64,000 nt of DNA from assembly GCA_963726325.1 (NCBI GenBank), contig CAVSCA010000001.1, positions 50,507-114,506 on the forward strand. Reading direction: 5' to 3'. The translations under genes were made by a program, and so were the position numbers. The DNA comes from an uncultured Actinomycetes bacterium. Lineage in GTDB: Bacteria > Actinomycetota > Coriobacteriia > Anaerosomatales > PHET01. The notes beneath the pieces were generated by a model that worked only from the letters and a program-made list of their open reading frames with translations, ran no database searches and was not told where the DNA came from. Below are positions 28,245 through 40,032 of the stretch, one piece after another; the stretch's first letter is position 1; every line of letters starts with the position of its first letter.

Positions 28245-29568
28245 TGAGAACGCCTCCTCGGCATGCTGCTGCCGGTTGCCGTGCGCACGCTGGGCTGCAA
28301 GGTCAACCGTTTCGAGAGCGACGAGATCGCCGCGGAGCTGCTCGGCAGGGGTGTGGCCATCGGGGACGAGGACGATGCGGCGGTCATCGTCGTGAACACG
28401 TGCACCGTCACCGGCGAGGCCGACGCGAAGGCGCGCAAGGCGGTCAGGCACGCCCTGGGACGCCCGGGCAGACCGGTCGTGGTGGTGACCGGATGTCTCG
28501 CGTCGCTTGACGCCGCTGCCCTGCGCGCGCTCTCGCCGCGGGTGGTCGTGGAGCCGGACAAGGGCCGCGTCGCCGAGGCGGTCGGCGAAGCGCTCGGCGT
28601 GGCCGACCAGTGGAGCGGAGTCACCCCGGACGCCGGTAGCGCCGTGGGGCGAGCGATTCCGTGCTCGGGCGATGCTCAAGGTCCAGGACGGGTGCGACAG
28701 CTTCTGCGCGTACTGCATCGTGCCCTACGCCCGTGGTGTGCCCCGGTCCATGCCGTTGCGAGCAGATCGCCGAGCGGGCCGGCGAGCTCGTGAGCGCGGG
28801 AGCGCGAGAGATCGTGCTCAGCGGCATCAATATCGGCCGCTACCGCGACGGCCAGAGCGATCTGGCCGACGTCGTGGCGGCGGTCGCGGCAACCGGCGTT
28901 GCGCGCGTGCGTCTGTCGAGCATCGAACCGCAGCATCTGAGCGCGAGGCTGCTGGAGGTGCTCGCTTCTACGCCGGCGGTCTGCGCTCATCTCCACGTAC
29001 CGCTTCAGAGCGGCAGCGACCGGGTGCTCGGCCTGATGGGCCGCTCCTACACTACCGAGCAGTTCGCGCACACCATCGCGCAGGCGCGCGCAGCTCTGCC
29101 GGGCCTCTCGGTCACGACCGATCTCATCGCGGGTTTCCCGACCGAGACCGACGCCGACCACGCGGACGGGATGGAGTTCGTGCGGGAGATGGGCTTCGCG
29201 AAGATGCACGTCTTCCGCTACAGCGAACGTGCGGGCACGCCGGCGGCGAGCGTGAAGCAGGTGGCGCCTCGGGTTCGCGCGAGACGCGCTGCGCGAGCTT
29301 CGCGCGCTCGGCGAGTCGATGCGCCGCGACTACCTGGCCTCCAGGTCGGGCGAGACCGCCGAGCTGCTCGTCGAGACGGTGCGCGAACGGGCTGGCGACG
29401 GGCACCACTCGGGAGTACATACGCGCTTCGGTAGCGGCTGAAGGACTCACTCCGGGCGAGATCGTCGAGGTGTCGCTCGGCGAAGGGGACACCGAGCCGC
29501 TGCCCGCGAGTCGCGTGCCCGAGGTGCTGCAGCGCGTAGTCCCGGCGCCGACCGGTGGTAGAATCTGA
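28237..29568 (+). CDS. mtaB: tRNA methylthiotransferase MtaB (several frameshifts)
   Basis: 'TLGCKVNRFES', 'NTCTVT', 'KVQDGCDSFCAYCIVP', 'HVFRYSERAGT'. Confidence 0.88.
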
Positions 29569-29639
29569 GGCGAGGGAGCGCAGGTCATCAGCGCGTCCTG
29601 TGAAGCGAACCGCAGCGAACCGAGGTGCATCGACACATC

Positions 29640-30612
29640 GTGGAACCCACCCAGATCCGTCTCGTCGTACCGCCCGAACTCGACATGACGCGCCTGTTGG
29701 GGCAGGGCGACTCTCTCTTGCGAGTCATCGAGGACCAGTTCGACCCCCGTATCTCCGTGCGAGGCAACGAGATCACGATAGCCGGGGACGCCGCCGACTC
29801 CGCGACCGTCTCGGCGCTCTTCTCCGAGATGATCGGGCTCATCGAGCGCGGCGAGCATCTCACGCCGGACGCTGTGGAAAGGTCCATCGAGCTGCTCACG
29901 CACGGCGAGTGCACGCCCACGGCGCTGCACGGCGACGTCATCCTGACCCACAAGGGCAAGGCGATCCGGCCCAAGACGGGCGGGCAGAAGCGCTACGTCG
30001 ACGCGATACGCACGCACACCGTGGCCTTCGGCATCGGTCCCGCCGGCACCGGCAAGACCTACCTCGCCATGGCGATGGCCGTCGAGGCGCTCAAGCGAAA
30101 GCAGGTCGGGCGGATCATCCTCACGCGTCCGGCCGTCGAAGCGGGCGAGTCGCTCGGCTTTCTGCCGGGCACGCTGACCGAGAAGGTGGACCCGTACCTG
30201 CGCCCGCTCTACGATGCGCTCTTCGACATGATGGACGCCGAGAAGTCCGCGTCGATGCTCGAGCGTGGCGTGATCGAGATCGCGCCGCTCGCCTACATGC
30301 GCGGGCGCACCCTCAACGACAGCTTCGTCATTCTCGACGAGGCGCAGAACACCACCGCCGAGCAGATGAAGATGTTCCTGACACGTCTTGGCTTCGGGTC
30401 GAGGATCGTCGTCACCGGCGACGTGACCCAGATCGACCTGCCGCGCGGAGTCTCCGGCCTGCGCCAGGTGCGCGACATCCTCGTCCGGCGTGAAGGACAT
30501 CGCGTTCATCGAACTCACGGGGAAGGACGTCGTGCGCCACAAGCTCGTTCAACGGATCGTCACGGCGTATCAGACCTATGAGGAAGCGCACGCCGGTCCT
30601 GCCGATGGCTAG
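29640..30612 (+). CDS. phoH: PhoH-like ATPase (frameshift near 30485)
   Basis: 'GPAGTGKTYLA', 'LTRPAVEAGE', 'MRGRTL', 'DEAQN', 'DVVRHKLVQRIV'. Confidence 0.94.
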
Positions 30613-31642
30613 CCGCACCGACACGCGCGTGCTGGACATTCCGCGAGTCACGTCGCGCGCTCTTGCCATGCGCCCCGAAAGCCGCCGCAAGCTGGCGATC
30701 GCGGCGTGCGTGGCGATCGTCGGTGCAACGGCTCTCGGTGCGCTCGTCGCCTATGTCGGCGCCGTGCTTGCCGGTGACGGCGCTCAGTCCGCGTCTGTCG
30801 CCGCAACGTGGGGGGCCTTGGGCGCGTTTGTCGCAGCAGCGGTGGGTGTCGCCGTGGTTCCGGTAGCCCGACGCATGCTCATCAGTCGGGAGGACGTTCG
30901 TCTCGTGGAGGCGGCGAGTCCCGTTCATCCGCTGATTCGTCGGCTCATGACCGAGGCGCCCGGCACCTACACCCACTCGCTGGCGGTGGCGAGCCTGGCC
31001 GAGGCGGGCGCGGATGCGGTCGGCGCCGACCCGCTGGTGTCGCGTGTGGGGGCGTACTACCACGACGTCGGCAAGATCAGGCGCCCCTGCTACTTCTTCG
31101 AGAACCTGGCCGAGGGCGAGAACCCTCATGACGAGCAGAGGCCCTCGCTGTCGGCTCTGATCATCACCTCTCACGTCGCCGACGGGCTCGAGCTGGCCGC
31201 GGAGTACGACCTGCCTCAACGTGTGCGCGACATCATCAGGGAGCATCACGGCACCTCGCTCATACGGTACTTCTTCAACAAGGCGACCGAGGCGGATGCG
31301 GACGTGTTCGAAGCCGACTACCGGTACCACGGCGGCAAGCCCAGCACTCGCGAGGCCGCGCTCGTGATGATCGCCGACTCGTGCGAGGCGGCGATCCGCG
31401 CGCTGAAGGCGCCCACGATCGATGGGGTCGAGAAGTCCGTCAGGTTCGTCATCGACGACAAGCTGCTCGACGGACAGCTCGAGGACTCCGGGCTGAGCTC
31501 GGAGGACATAGGCGCCGTCACCGAGACGTATGCCAAGATGCTCGTGAGCATGCTTCACGCACGCTGCGAGTACCCGCAGCCGCTTTCGGCGCCGAGGAGG
31601 GAAGCGTATGCAGATCAGCGTCGTGAGCCATCGCGAGCCTGA
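30605..31642 (+). CDS. Membrane-anchored HD(IG) phosphohydrolase, shortened PgpH/7TM-HD type
   Basis: 'EAPGTYTHS', 'YYHDVGK', 'EHHGT', 'ADSCEAA'; about two TM helices; phoH-HD-ybeY synteny. Confidence 0.82.
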   Translation: MASRTDTRVLDIPRVTSRALAMRPESRRKLAIAACVAIVGATALGALVAYVGAVLAGDGAQSASVAATWGALGAFVAAAVGVAVVPVARRMLISREDVRLVEAASPVHPLIRRLMTEAPGTYTHSLAVASLAEAGADAVGADPLVSRVGAYYHDVGKIRRPCYFFENLAEGENPHDEQRPSLSALIITSHVADGLELAAEYDLPQRVRDIIREHHGTSLIRYFFNKATEADADVFEADYRYHGGKPSTREAALVMIADSCEAAIRALKAPTIDGVEKSVRFVIDDKLLDGQLEDSGLSSEDIGAVTETYAKMLVSMLHARCEYPQPLSAPRREAYADQRREPSRA

Positions 31643-32057
31643 GCCGCTGGACCTGTCGGCTTTCGAGCGACTCGCCGGCTTCGTGCTGGAACGCGAGGAG
31701 GCGCCGGACGCGATCGAGCTGTCCATCGCGGTCGTTGCGCTGGACGAGATGGCCGACCTGAACCTTCGGTTCCGCGACAAGGAGGGTCCCACCGACGTCT
31801 TGTCGTTCGGGTGCGACGATCCCTGCGCGGTCGTGGGTCCCGACGAGCCGGTCACCCTCGGAGACGTCGTGATCGCTCCTGAGGTGGCTGAATCCCAGGC
31901 CGTCGAGTACGGACATACGGTCGAGGAGGAACTCAACCTCCTGCTCGTCCACGGTGTGCTGCATCTGCTGGGCTACGATCACGATTCCGACGAGGACGCC
32001 GCCGCGATGCAGGCTCGAGAGCGGGTCCTGCTTCAGGCGTGGGCGGCGACGATGTAG
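31608..32057 (+). CDS. ybeY: Endoribonuclease YbeY
   Basis: 'PTDVLSF', 'HGVLHLLGYDH'. Confidence 0.96.
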   Translation: MQISVVSHREPEPLDLSAFERLAGFVLEREEAPDAIELSIAVVALDEMADLNLRFRDKEGPTDVLSFGCDDPCAVVGPDEPVTLGDVVIAPEVAESQAVEYGHTVEEELNLLLVHGVLHLLGYDHDSDEDAAAMQARERVLLQAWAATM

Positions 32058-32066
32058 CGTGCGTCG

Positions 32067-32772
32067 ATGAAGAAGGCGCGCTCCATCCTGTGGAGTTTCA
32101 ACTACGCGATCGAAGGCATCGTCTACACGCTGCGCACGCAGCGCAACATGCGCGTGCACATGGTGTTGGCGGTGCTCGTGGGCGCCGGCTGCCTTCTGCT
32201 GGGCATCGAACGGATGCAGCTCGTCGCCGTGGTGTTCGCCATCAGCCTCGTGTTCGTCACCGAGCTCGTGAACACCGCCATCGAGGCGGCGGTGGACCTC
32301 TCGGTCGAGCGGTTCGACCCTCTCGCCAAGATCGCGAAGGACGTGGCTGCCGGGGCCGTGCTGTGTGCGGCGGTGAACGCGCTCATCGTCGCCTACCTGG
32401 TGCTCTACGAACCGGTGCGCGCGTTGATGCAGCGCGGGCTGGACCTCGTGACGTTCTCCTCGGCCGATCTGACCGTCATCGCGCTGGGCCTCACGATGCT
32501 CGCGGTGCTCATACTCAAGGCGGTCTCGAGAGAGGGCACGTGGATGCAGGGTGGGTGGCCGAGCGGACATGCGGCCATCGCGTTCGGAGCGGCCACGATG
32601 CTCGGCTTCATGACCGGGAGTGCCGGCGCGCTCGCGTTGGGGTACTTCATCGCCATTCCTCGTGGCGCAAAGCCGTGTCGAGGGCGACATTCACACGATT
32701 CCGCAGGTGATAGTCGGCGGGCTTCTCGGCGTGCTCATCGTCACCGTTGTCTTTCAGGTATTCTTCCGGTGA
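32067..32772 (+). CDS. dgkA: Diacylglycerol/undecaprenol kinase fused to PAP2-like domain (frameshift near 32660)
   Basis: 'SFNYAIEGI...RNMRVH...ELVNTAIEAAVD...AKDVAAGAV' followed by 'PSGH' and 'SRVEGDIH'. Confidence 0.85.
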
Positions 32773-32809
32773 CGCGGCCGAGAAGCGACGCGACAGCGGC
32801 GAAAGGTGG

Positions 32810-34112
32810 GTGAACGGTGCTCTACGTGGCTCTGATCGTCTACCTCGCGACCGCTGTGGCGTCTGCCTTCCTGTGCGCGTCGGAAACCGCGGTGCTGATG
32901 CTCACGCCGGGTCGCGTGCACCGGCTTGCCGAGGCGGAGCGGCATGGCTCGCACGGCGCTCGAGCGCCTCTCGGATCAGCGGCATCGGTTGCGGGCCATC
33001 ACGACGCTCGTGGGCGGTGCGGCGTTCGCGACCGCCGCCGCGTTCGGCTGGATGCTTGGCGAGGTGTTCTGGGCCTCTGACTTCGGCGCCGGAACAGACG
33101 CGGTGTCAGGCACGCTGGGGGCGGCGTCCACCATCGCGGGGGCCGCGCTGGTGGTGCTTCTGAGCTACGCGCTCACGCAAGCGCTGCCCAGGACGCTCGC
33201 GGTCGCGAACCCCGAGCGGCTGGGGCTGAGCACCGCCGGCTACGCGCTGGCCATGACGCGGCTGCTGTATCCGCTGGCGCGGGCACTCGGGGCGCCGTGG
33301 AAGTGGGGCGTCTCGGTGGCGGGTGGCCAGCCCGACGTGAGCCCGTGGGCGGTGACCCCCGAATGGCGCGGAGCCGACTCCGATGAGCGGGCCGAGCGCG
33401 AGGGGGCCGAGGAGGCGCTGCTGGAGGCGGTGAGCGACTTCGCCGACAAGGTGGTGCGTGAGGTGATGGTCCCTCGCACCGACACCAAGGCACTGCCCGA
33501 CACCGCGACCGCATCGGATGCAGTGGCGCTCATCGCCGAGGACCGGATTCACGCGCATCCCCGTCTATCACTCGACGATCGACGACGTCAGGGGAGTGCT
33601 CTATGCGAAAGACCTGCTGAAGGCGATAGTGGACAGGCGGTGTCGACCAGACCGTGGCGGACCTTGCTCGGCAGCCGTACTTCGTTCCCGAGACCAAGCC
33701 GGCGCAGGAGCTGCTCGTCGAGATGCGGTCCCGGACGCACATCGCCATCGTCGCAGACGAGTATGGGGGCACCGCCGGCCTCGTGACCCTGGAGGACCTG
33801 CTCGAGGAGATCGTCGGAGACATCAGCGACGAATACGACCGTGAGGAACCGCTTGTGGTCGAGGTCGGTGCCGAGCACTACAGAGTCAGCGCCCGGTTGC
33901 CCATCGACGACCTCAACGATCTGCTGGGCATGGACTTCGACATCGACGCCGACTCGGTTGGCGGACTGTTCACGGAGGTTGCGGGTCGGATACCCGAGGT
34001 TGGAGAGTCCGTTGACATCGAAGGAGTCCGATTCACCGTGACCGAGCTTCAAGGCACGCGTATCTGCCAGTTGTCCGTACGACCGACCGGTTCATCTTCA
34101 GAAGGGGCATGA
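32810..34112 (+). CDS. CNNM/CBS/CorC (hemolysin-family) protein (frameshifted)
   Basis: '[10 protein letters not shown]', '[10 protein letters not shown]', 'TRIPVY', '[28 protein letters not shown]'. Confidence 0.88.
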
Positions 34113-34537
34113 CGATGCATACACCCACACCCGCGGATCTCGTCCTGCTCGCACAGGCGCGCGACGTGCAGGAGAACGCATACGCGCCGTACTCAGGGTT
34201 CAGGGTCGGCGCCGCGGTCTTCACCGCCGAGGGGGAGATCTTCCGCGGCGTCAACGTGGAGAACGCCGCCTACGGATCGACCGTCTGTGCGGAGCGGGCG
34301 GCGCTCACCGCAGCGGTGACTCACGGATTCACCGACATCCAGGCGATCGCGGTCGTGGGGGACTCCGAGGCACCGACGGTGCCGTGCGGCTGCTGTCGTC
34401 AAGTGCTCGCGGAGTTCAATCCGGAGATGCGAGTGATCATGGGGGCGCAAAGCGACGACGTGCGGGTGATGACCCTCGAGGAGCTGTTGCCCGAGGCGTT
34501 CGTCCGCGGCTACCTCGACCAAGACGAGACGCCCTAG
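34109..34537 (+). CDS. cdd: Cytidine deaminase
   Basis: 'AYAPYSGFRVGAA', 'NVENA', 'CAE', 'PCGCCRQ'. Confidence 0.95.
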   Translation: MTMHTPTPADLVLLAQARDVQENAYAPYSGFRVGAAVFTAEGEIFRGVNVENAAYGSTVCAERAALTAAVTHGFTDIQAIAVVGDSEAPTVPCGCCRQVLAEFNPEMRVIMGAQSDDVRVMTLEELLPEAFVRGYLDQDETP

Positions 34538-34538
34538 C

Positions 34539-35465
34539 GTGACATGCGCCGCATCACGGTCTGAGGACGAGATCCGCAGCGGGTTCGTGGCGCTGGTCGG
34601 GCGGCCCAACGCGGGCAAGTCCACACTCGCGAACGCCCTCGTGGGCACGAAGGTCGCGATCACGAGCGACACGCCCCAGACCACACGGCATCGGCTCCGC
34701 GCTGTGATAGATCGCGATGACGCGCAGGTGGTGCTCGTCGACACACCGGGACTGCACAAGCCTCAGGATGCGTTGGGCGAGCAGCTCAACCGCAGCGCCC
34801 TGAAGGCACTCGAGGACGTCGACGTCGTCGCCATGCTCGTGGACGCGACGCAGCCCGTAGGAGGCGGCGACCGGTGGGTGGGCGAGCACGTCGCTCGGGC
34901 GCGCACCGGCAAGCGGGTTCTGGTCATCACCAAGGCCGACATCGCCAACGAGAAGCAGGTCGATCGGCAACTCGCGATCGCGCGGGGTCTCGCGCCCTTC
35001 GACGACGTGGTCGTGCTCTCGGCAGTGGACGGCTTCAACCTCGAGGGCTTCTACGAGGCGGTGGTGCGCTTCCTGCCTCAAGGGCCACGATGGTTCCCGC
35101 GCGACATGCCCTCGGACCAGCCGGTCGAGGTCATGGTCGCGGAGTTCATTCGCGAGAAGATCCTGCGCACCACGTTTGACGAGGTGCCTCACGCCGTGGG
35201 CGTTGCGGTTGAGGATCTGGTGGTGGACCCCAAGAAGGATCTCACCCGCATCTGGGCGGTCATCTACGTCGAGCGTGACTCGCAGAAGGGCATCATCATC
35301 GGGAAGGGTGGCGAGTCGATCAAGCGCATCGGCAGCGACGCCCGAGAGGATCTCGAGCGGCTTCTCGGCACGCAGGTGTTTCTCGATCTCAAGGTGAAGG
35401 TGAAGAAGGACTGGCGGCGGGATGCGTCTCAGATCCGCCGCTTCGGATACGGAGATGGTGCGTGA
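34539..35465 (+). CDS. era: GTPase Era
   Basis: 'GRPNAGKST', 'PQTTR', 'DTPG' and KH domain 'GIIIGKGG'. Confidence 0.96.
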   Translation: MTCAASRSEDEIRSGFVALVGRPNAGKSTLANALVGTKVAITSDTPQTTRHRLRAVIDRDDAQVVLVDTPGLHKPQDALGEQLNRSALKALEDVDVVAMLVDATQPVGGGDRWVGEHVARARTGKRVLVITKADIANEKQVDRQLAIARGLAPFDDVVVLSAVDGFNLEGFYEAVVRFLPQGPRWFPRDMPSDQPVEVMVAEFIREKILRTTFDEVPHAVGVAVEDLVVDPKKDLTRIWAVIYVERDSQKGIIIGKGGESIKRIGSDAREDLERLLGTQVFLDLKVKVKKDWRRDASQIRRFGYGDGA

Positions 35466-36155
35466 TGGACGCCACCGGAGATCGCCGCGCTTGCCGGCTC
35501 GCTCGATCAGACGCTGCTCAAGCCCACCGCGGGTTTCGCTGAGGCGGCGGCGTGGATGGAGGCGTCGCGCGATGCGGGTTTCGCGTCGCTGTGCGTCTCG
35601 CCGTTCCTCGTCCCTCTCGCCGCCGAGCACCTCGCTGGTACCTCGACGAAGGTCTGCTCGGTGTGCGGCTTCCCGCTGGGCTACACGCTGACCGAGACCA
35701 AGGCCGAGGAGTCGGTGCACCTCGTGGAGCTGGGCTGTACCGAGGTCGACATGGTCATGAACGTCGCGGCGTTTCTGGGCGGCGACGAGGACTTCGTGCG
35801 TGCGGACATCGAGGCGGTCGTGCTGGCGGTTACCGCGGAGTCGGGCGGCGAAGGCCTGGTGAAGGTGATACTCGAGACCGCGTACCTGGACGAGGATCAG
35901 ATCGAGCGAGCGAGCACGCTTGCGGTCAAGGCCGGCGCCGCGTTCGTCAAGACCTCGACCGGGTTCGGTCCGCGCGGGGCGAGCGCTCGCGATGTCGAGA
36001 TCATGCGCGCTGCTGTGGGCCCCGAGGTGGGAGTCAAGGCCGCCGGAGGCATCCGGGATCTCGCCGCGGCGCGCGAGATGCTCGCCGCCGGTGCGAACCG
36101 GATCGGGACCTCGGCCGGGCTCGAGATCGTAGCTGCCGCCGCAGACGAAGCCTGA
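35465..36155 (+). CDS. deoC: Deoxyribose-phosphate aldolase (frameshift near start)
   Basis: 'DQTLLKP', 'GFPLG', 'EVDMVMN', 'KVILET', 'FVKTSTGF', 'KAAGGIR', 'RIGTS'. Confidence 0.94.
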
Positions 36156-36163
36156 TCCACGCG

Positions 36164-36914
36164 ATGCCGAGCTACCCGCTCACCGCGCTCGTCTTGCGCA
36201 AGACCAAACTCGGCGAGACCGACATCATCCTCACCCTGCTCGCCCAAGACGGGCAGCAGGTGCGTGCGGTGGCCAAGGGGCTGCGCAAACCCGGCTCGCG
36301 ATTCGGCGGTCGGCTCGAACCGCTGTCCGAGGTCGACCTGCTCGTTCACACCGGGCGTTCGCTCGAGGTCGTGAGCGAGGCCCGGACCGTGAACGCGCAC
36401 GCTGCGTTGCGCGAGGACCTGGACCGATCGGCTGCGGCTGCCGTCGTGGCCGACCTGCTCGACAAGGTGTCGGTGCAAGGACAGGCGGAGCCGCGGCTCT
36501 ACGGGCTGGCGTCTGCCAGCCTCGGTGCTCTCGAGGTCGCGCCGCTCGAGCGCGTGCCGCAGCTGGTCGTGGCGTTTCTCGCCAAGGCGATGGCGATGCA
36601 CGGCTACCGTCCCGAGCTGGAGAGCTGCGCGGCGTGTGCGTGCGAGGTGGGCGAGTCCTCCGCGTTCTCTCCCACGGCGGGCGGTTCGCTATGCGCCTGC
36701 CTGCGGATCGCTCGATCCCGCATCGCTCGAGTTCCCCGCGCGAGCAAGGGCATGGCTGGTGGTGCTCCTCGGCTCGACGATGGCCGAGATCGCCGAGATG
36801 GACGTGCCGAGCCCCGCGGTGCGCGACTGCTTCGCGCTCGTGCGCAGCTTCGTGACGTACCATCTCCCGGCGCGCCTCAAGGCGCTGGACTTCTACGCTG
36901 GGCTGATGGCGTAG
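36164..36914 (+). CDS. recO: DNA repair protein RecO (frameshift near 36698)
   Basis: 'ALVLRKTKLGETD', 'AVAKGLRKPGSRFGGRLEP', Zn finger CAAC. Confidence 0.92.
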
Positions 36915-37030
36915 CCGCGAGCCTCTCCGACCGGCCGAGAAGGGCAGGTCACGCGGTGTTCATCGTGTAGAATGGCTGGACACTCGGCACAGGTGCCGGG
37001 CATCGATGCGTGCGAGGGGAATTCACTTCC

Positions 37031-37950
37031 ATGGGTTCGACCACCTTCCAAGACATCATCTTGGCGCTGTCGCGCTACTGGGCCGACCAGGGCTGTGTGG
37101 TACTGCAGCCGTACGACACGGAGGTCGGCGCGGGCACTTTCCATCCTGCGACCACACTGCGTGCGCTCGGTCCGGACACGTGGCGCACCGCCTACGTCCA
37201 GCCCAGCCGAAGGCCAACCGACGGGCGCTACGGCGAGAACCCCAACCGGCTGCAGCACTACTACCAGTACCAGGTCATTCTCAAGCCGAGCCCCGACAAC
37301 GTGCTCGACCTGTACTTCGACTCGCTGCGCGCCATCGGCATAGAGCCCGCCGAGCACGACATGCGACTGGTGGAGGACGACTGGGAGTCACCCACGCTTG
37401 GGGCGTGGGGCCTGGGCTGGGAGGTCTGGCTCAACGGCATGGAGTGCACGCAGTTCACCTACTTCCAGCAGGTGGGAGGCTTCGAATGCCGCCCCGTGCC
37501 CGCCGAGATCACCTACGGCCTCGAGCGGCTCGCGATGTACATCCAAGGCGTGGACAGCGTCTACGACCTCGTGTGGTCGGTGGGTCCGGACGGGCACGTG
37601 TTCACCTACGGCGACGTCTTCCTGCGCAACGAGCAGCAGTACTCGGCGTACAACTTCGAGATCGCCGACGTCGACATGCTCCTCTCGCTGTTCACCACCT
37701 ACGAGGGGGAGTGCCGTCGCACGCTCGAAGCCGGCTACGTCCTTCCGGCCTACGACTACGTGCTCAAGTGCAGTCATGCCTTCAACCTTCTCGACGCGCG
37801 CGGCGCGATAAGCGTGACCGAGCGCCAAGGCTACATCCTGCGCGTGCGCGCGCTTGCCAAGGCGTGCTGCGCCGCGTATCTGGAACTCGTGACCGCCGCG
37901 ACGAGCCGGTCGAGGAAGGTTCGCCGTCCGAGGGGGGTGAGCGCTCGTGA
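37031..37950 (+). CDS. glyQ: Glycyl-tRNA synthetase alpha subunit (end 37950 or 37960)
   Basis: 'EVGAGTFHP', '[18 protein letters not shown]', 'TYGLERL'. Confidence 0.97.
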
Positions 37951-40020
37951 GCGGCCGTGACCTCGTCTTCGAGATCGGCACCGAGGAGCTCCCGTCCTCT
38001 GCGGTGTACTCGGGCATCGCCCAACTGCAGGTAGCGGTTCCCAAGGCGCTTGACGGTGCGAACCTGCAGTACGGCGAGATCGCCGTACTCGCCACACCCC
38101 GGCGTCTGGCGGTTCTCGTCAGAGAGCTGTCCGAGCGGCAGTCGGACTCGGTGATCACGCACAAGGGACCCGTCGGCGAAAGCGGCGTTCGACGCCGAGG
38201 GCAAGCCCACGCAGGCTGCGATCGGCTTCGCTCGCGGCAAGGGCGTGGACGTGGAGTCGCTGGAGGTCGTCGAAGACGGCTCGGGGGCGTACGTGTACGC
38301 GACGGTCGAGACCACCGGGGCACCGGCCCAAGAGGTCTTGCCAGCGCTGCTCGGGCGTTTGGCCGAGGAGCTGGAGTGGGCGAAGTCGCAGCGCTGGGGA
38401 AGCGGTACGGCACGCTTTCCGCGGCCTGTGCGCTGGATGCTCGCGCTCCACGGCACCGACGTCATCCCCGTGCAGTTCGCCGGCCTGACCGCCGGCCGCC
38501 ATACCTTCGGCCACCGGTTCCTCGTGCCAGAACCCATCGAGGTCCTTGGGGCGTTCGAGTATCTCGCCGAGCTGGACAAGGGGAAGGTGGCGGTCGATCA
38601 GCAAGCTCGCGCCGCGATGCTCAAGGAGGGCATCGAGACGGTTGCCGCCGGGATCGGTGGGCGCGCGGTCGTGCCCGAGAAGACCTTCGCCGAGGTGGTG
38701 AACCTTGTCGAATGGCCCACGGTGGCCGTTGGCAGCTTCGACGAGGAGTTCCTGTCGGTGCCGCGCGAGATGCTCGAGAACGCGATGACGAGTCATCAGC
38801 GCTACTTCCCGGTGGAGCGGACGGATGGCGGGCTCGACAACCGCTTCATCGTGGCGCACAACGGAGACCCCAAGCGAACCGAGCAGATCGTGCGCGGTCA
38901 CGAGCGGGTGATTCGTGCCCGCCTCGCCGACGCGGCCTTCTTCTACAAGGAAGACCTCGCGCTCACGCTCGAGGAGTGGCTGCCCAAACTCGAGACCGTG
39001 GTGTTCCAGGAACGGCTGGGCACGGCCGCGCTGAAGGTTGCGCGTGTCGAGAGGCTTGCGGGCAAGGTCGCGGCCATGATCGATGCGCCGGCCGACGAGA
39101 CCGCCTTCGCTGCCCGTGCGTCACATCTGGCCAAGGCCGACCTGGTCACGAACGCGGTCGTGGAGTTCACCGACCTGCAAGGCGTCATGGGCCGCTACTA
39201 CGCGCTGGCCGCCGGTGAGGCGCCGCAGGTCGCGCTCGCCATCGAGGAGCACTATCGGCCGCGGTTCGCCGGCGACGAGCTCCCGTCGACGGTTGCGGGG
39301 CGCATCGTCTCCATCGCCGACAAGGCCGATACGATCTGCGGGATCTTCGCCGCCGGGCTCGCTCCCAAGGGTTCTGCCGACCCGTTCGGACTGCGCCGCA
39401 GCGCTATCGGCATTCTGCAGATGGCTCTCGACGGCACGCCCGTCACGCTCGACGCGCTTATCGGAGAGGCGCTCGAGCCGCTTGAGTCCAAGGTGGCGTT
39501 CGATGTCGAGGCCACCGGGTCGGCCGTGCGGGAGTTCTTCCTGGGCCGGTTCGAGAACATCCTGAAGGATCGCGGGCACGCCTATGACACGGTCGAGGCC
39601 GTGCTCGTGACGGCCGCAGACGACCCGGGCGACGCGCTTGCGCGATGCGAGGCGCTCACGTTCTTCCGCGGTTCGAACGACGCGATGGAGGATCTGTCCG
39701 TCGCCTACACCCGTGCGAAGAACCTGGCCAAGCCCGAGCTGGGGACGTCGACCGATGCCGCGCTGATGGGAGCCGAGGAGGCAGCACTCGCCGATGCGCT
39801 CGCCGATGCGGAGTCTGTCGCTGGCGACCTGATGGCGCAGCACGCGTACTCGGCCGTTCTCGAAGCGCTCGCCGGGCTGCGCGTGCCCATCGACGAGTTC
39901 TTCGACAAGGTACTGGTGATGGACGACGACGAGGCGCTGCGCACCAACCGCCTTCGGTTGCTGAATCGCTTCGTGGCCGTGTTCGGCGTCTTTGCCGACT
40001 TCAGCCGACTCTCGGGATAG
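37947..40020 (+). CDS. glyS: Glycyl-tRNA synthetase beta subunit (frameshift near 38170)
   Basis: 'FEIGTEELP', 'TPRRLA', 'LVEWP', 'DPFGLRR', 'NRLRLL'. Confidence 0.95.
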
Positions 40021-40032
40021 GGCCACTCGGCG

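Noticed and set aside
36915-37030. T-box leader before glyQ (and before leuS)
   Set aside because: The leaders are too short and lack the T-box sequence; only a small hairpin and a -10-like TAGAAT are present.
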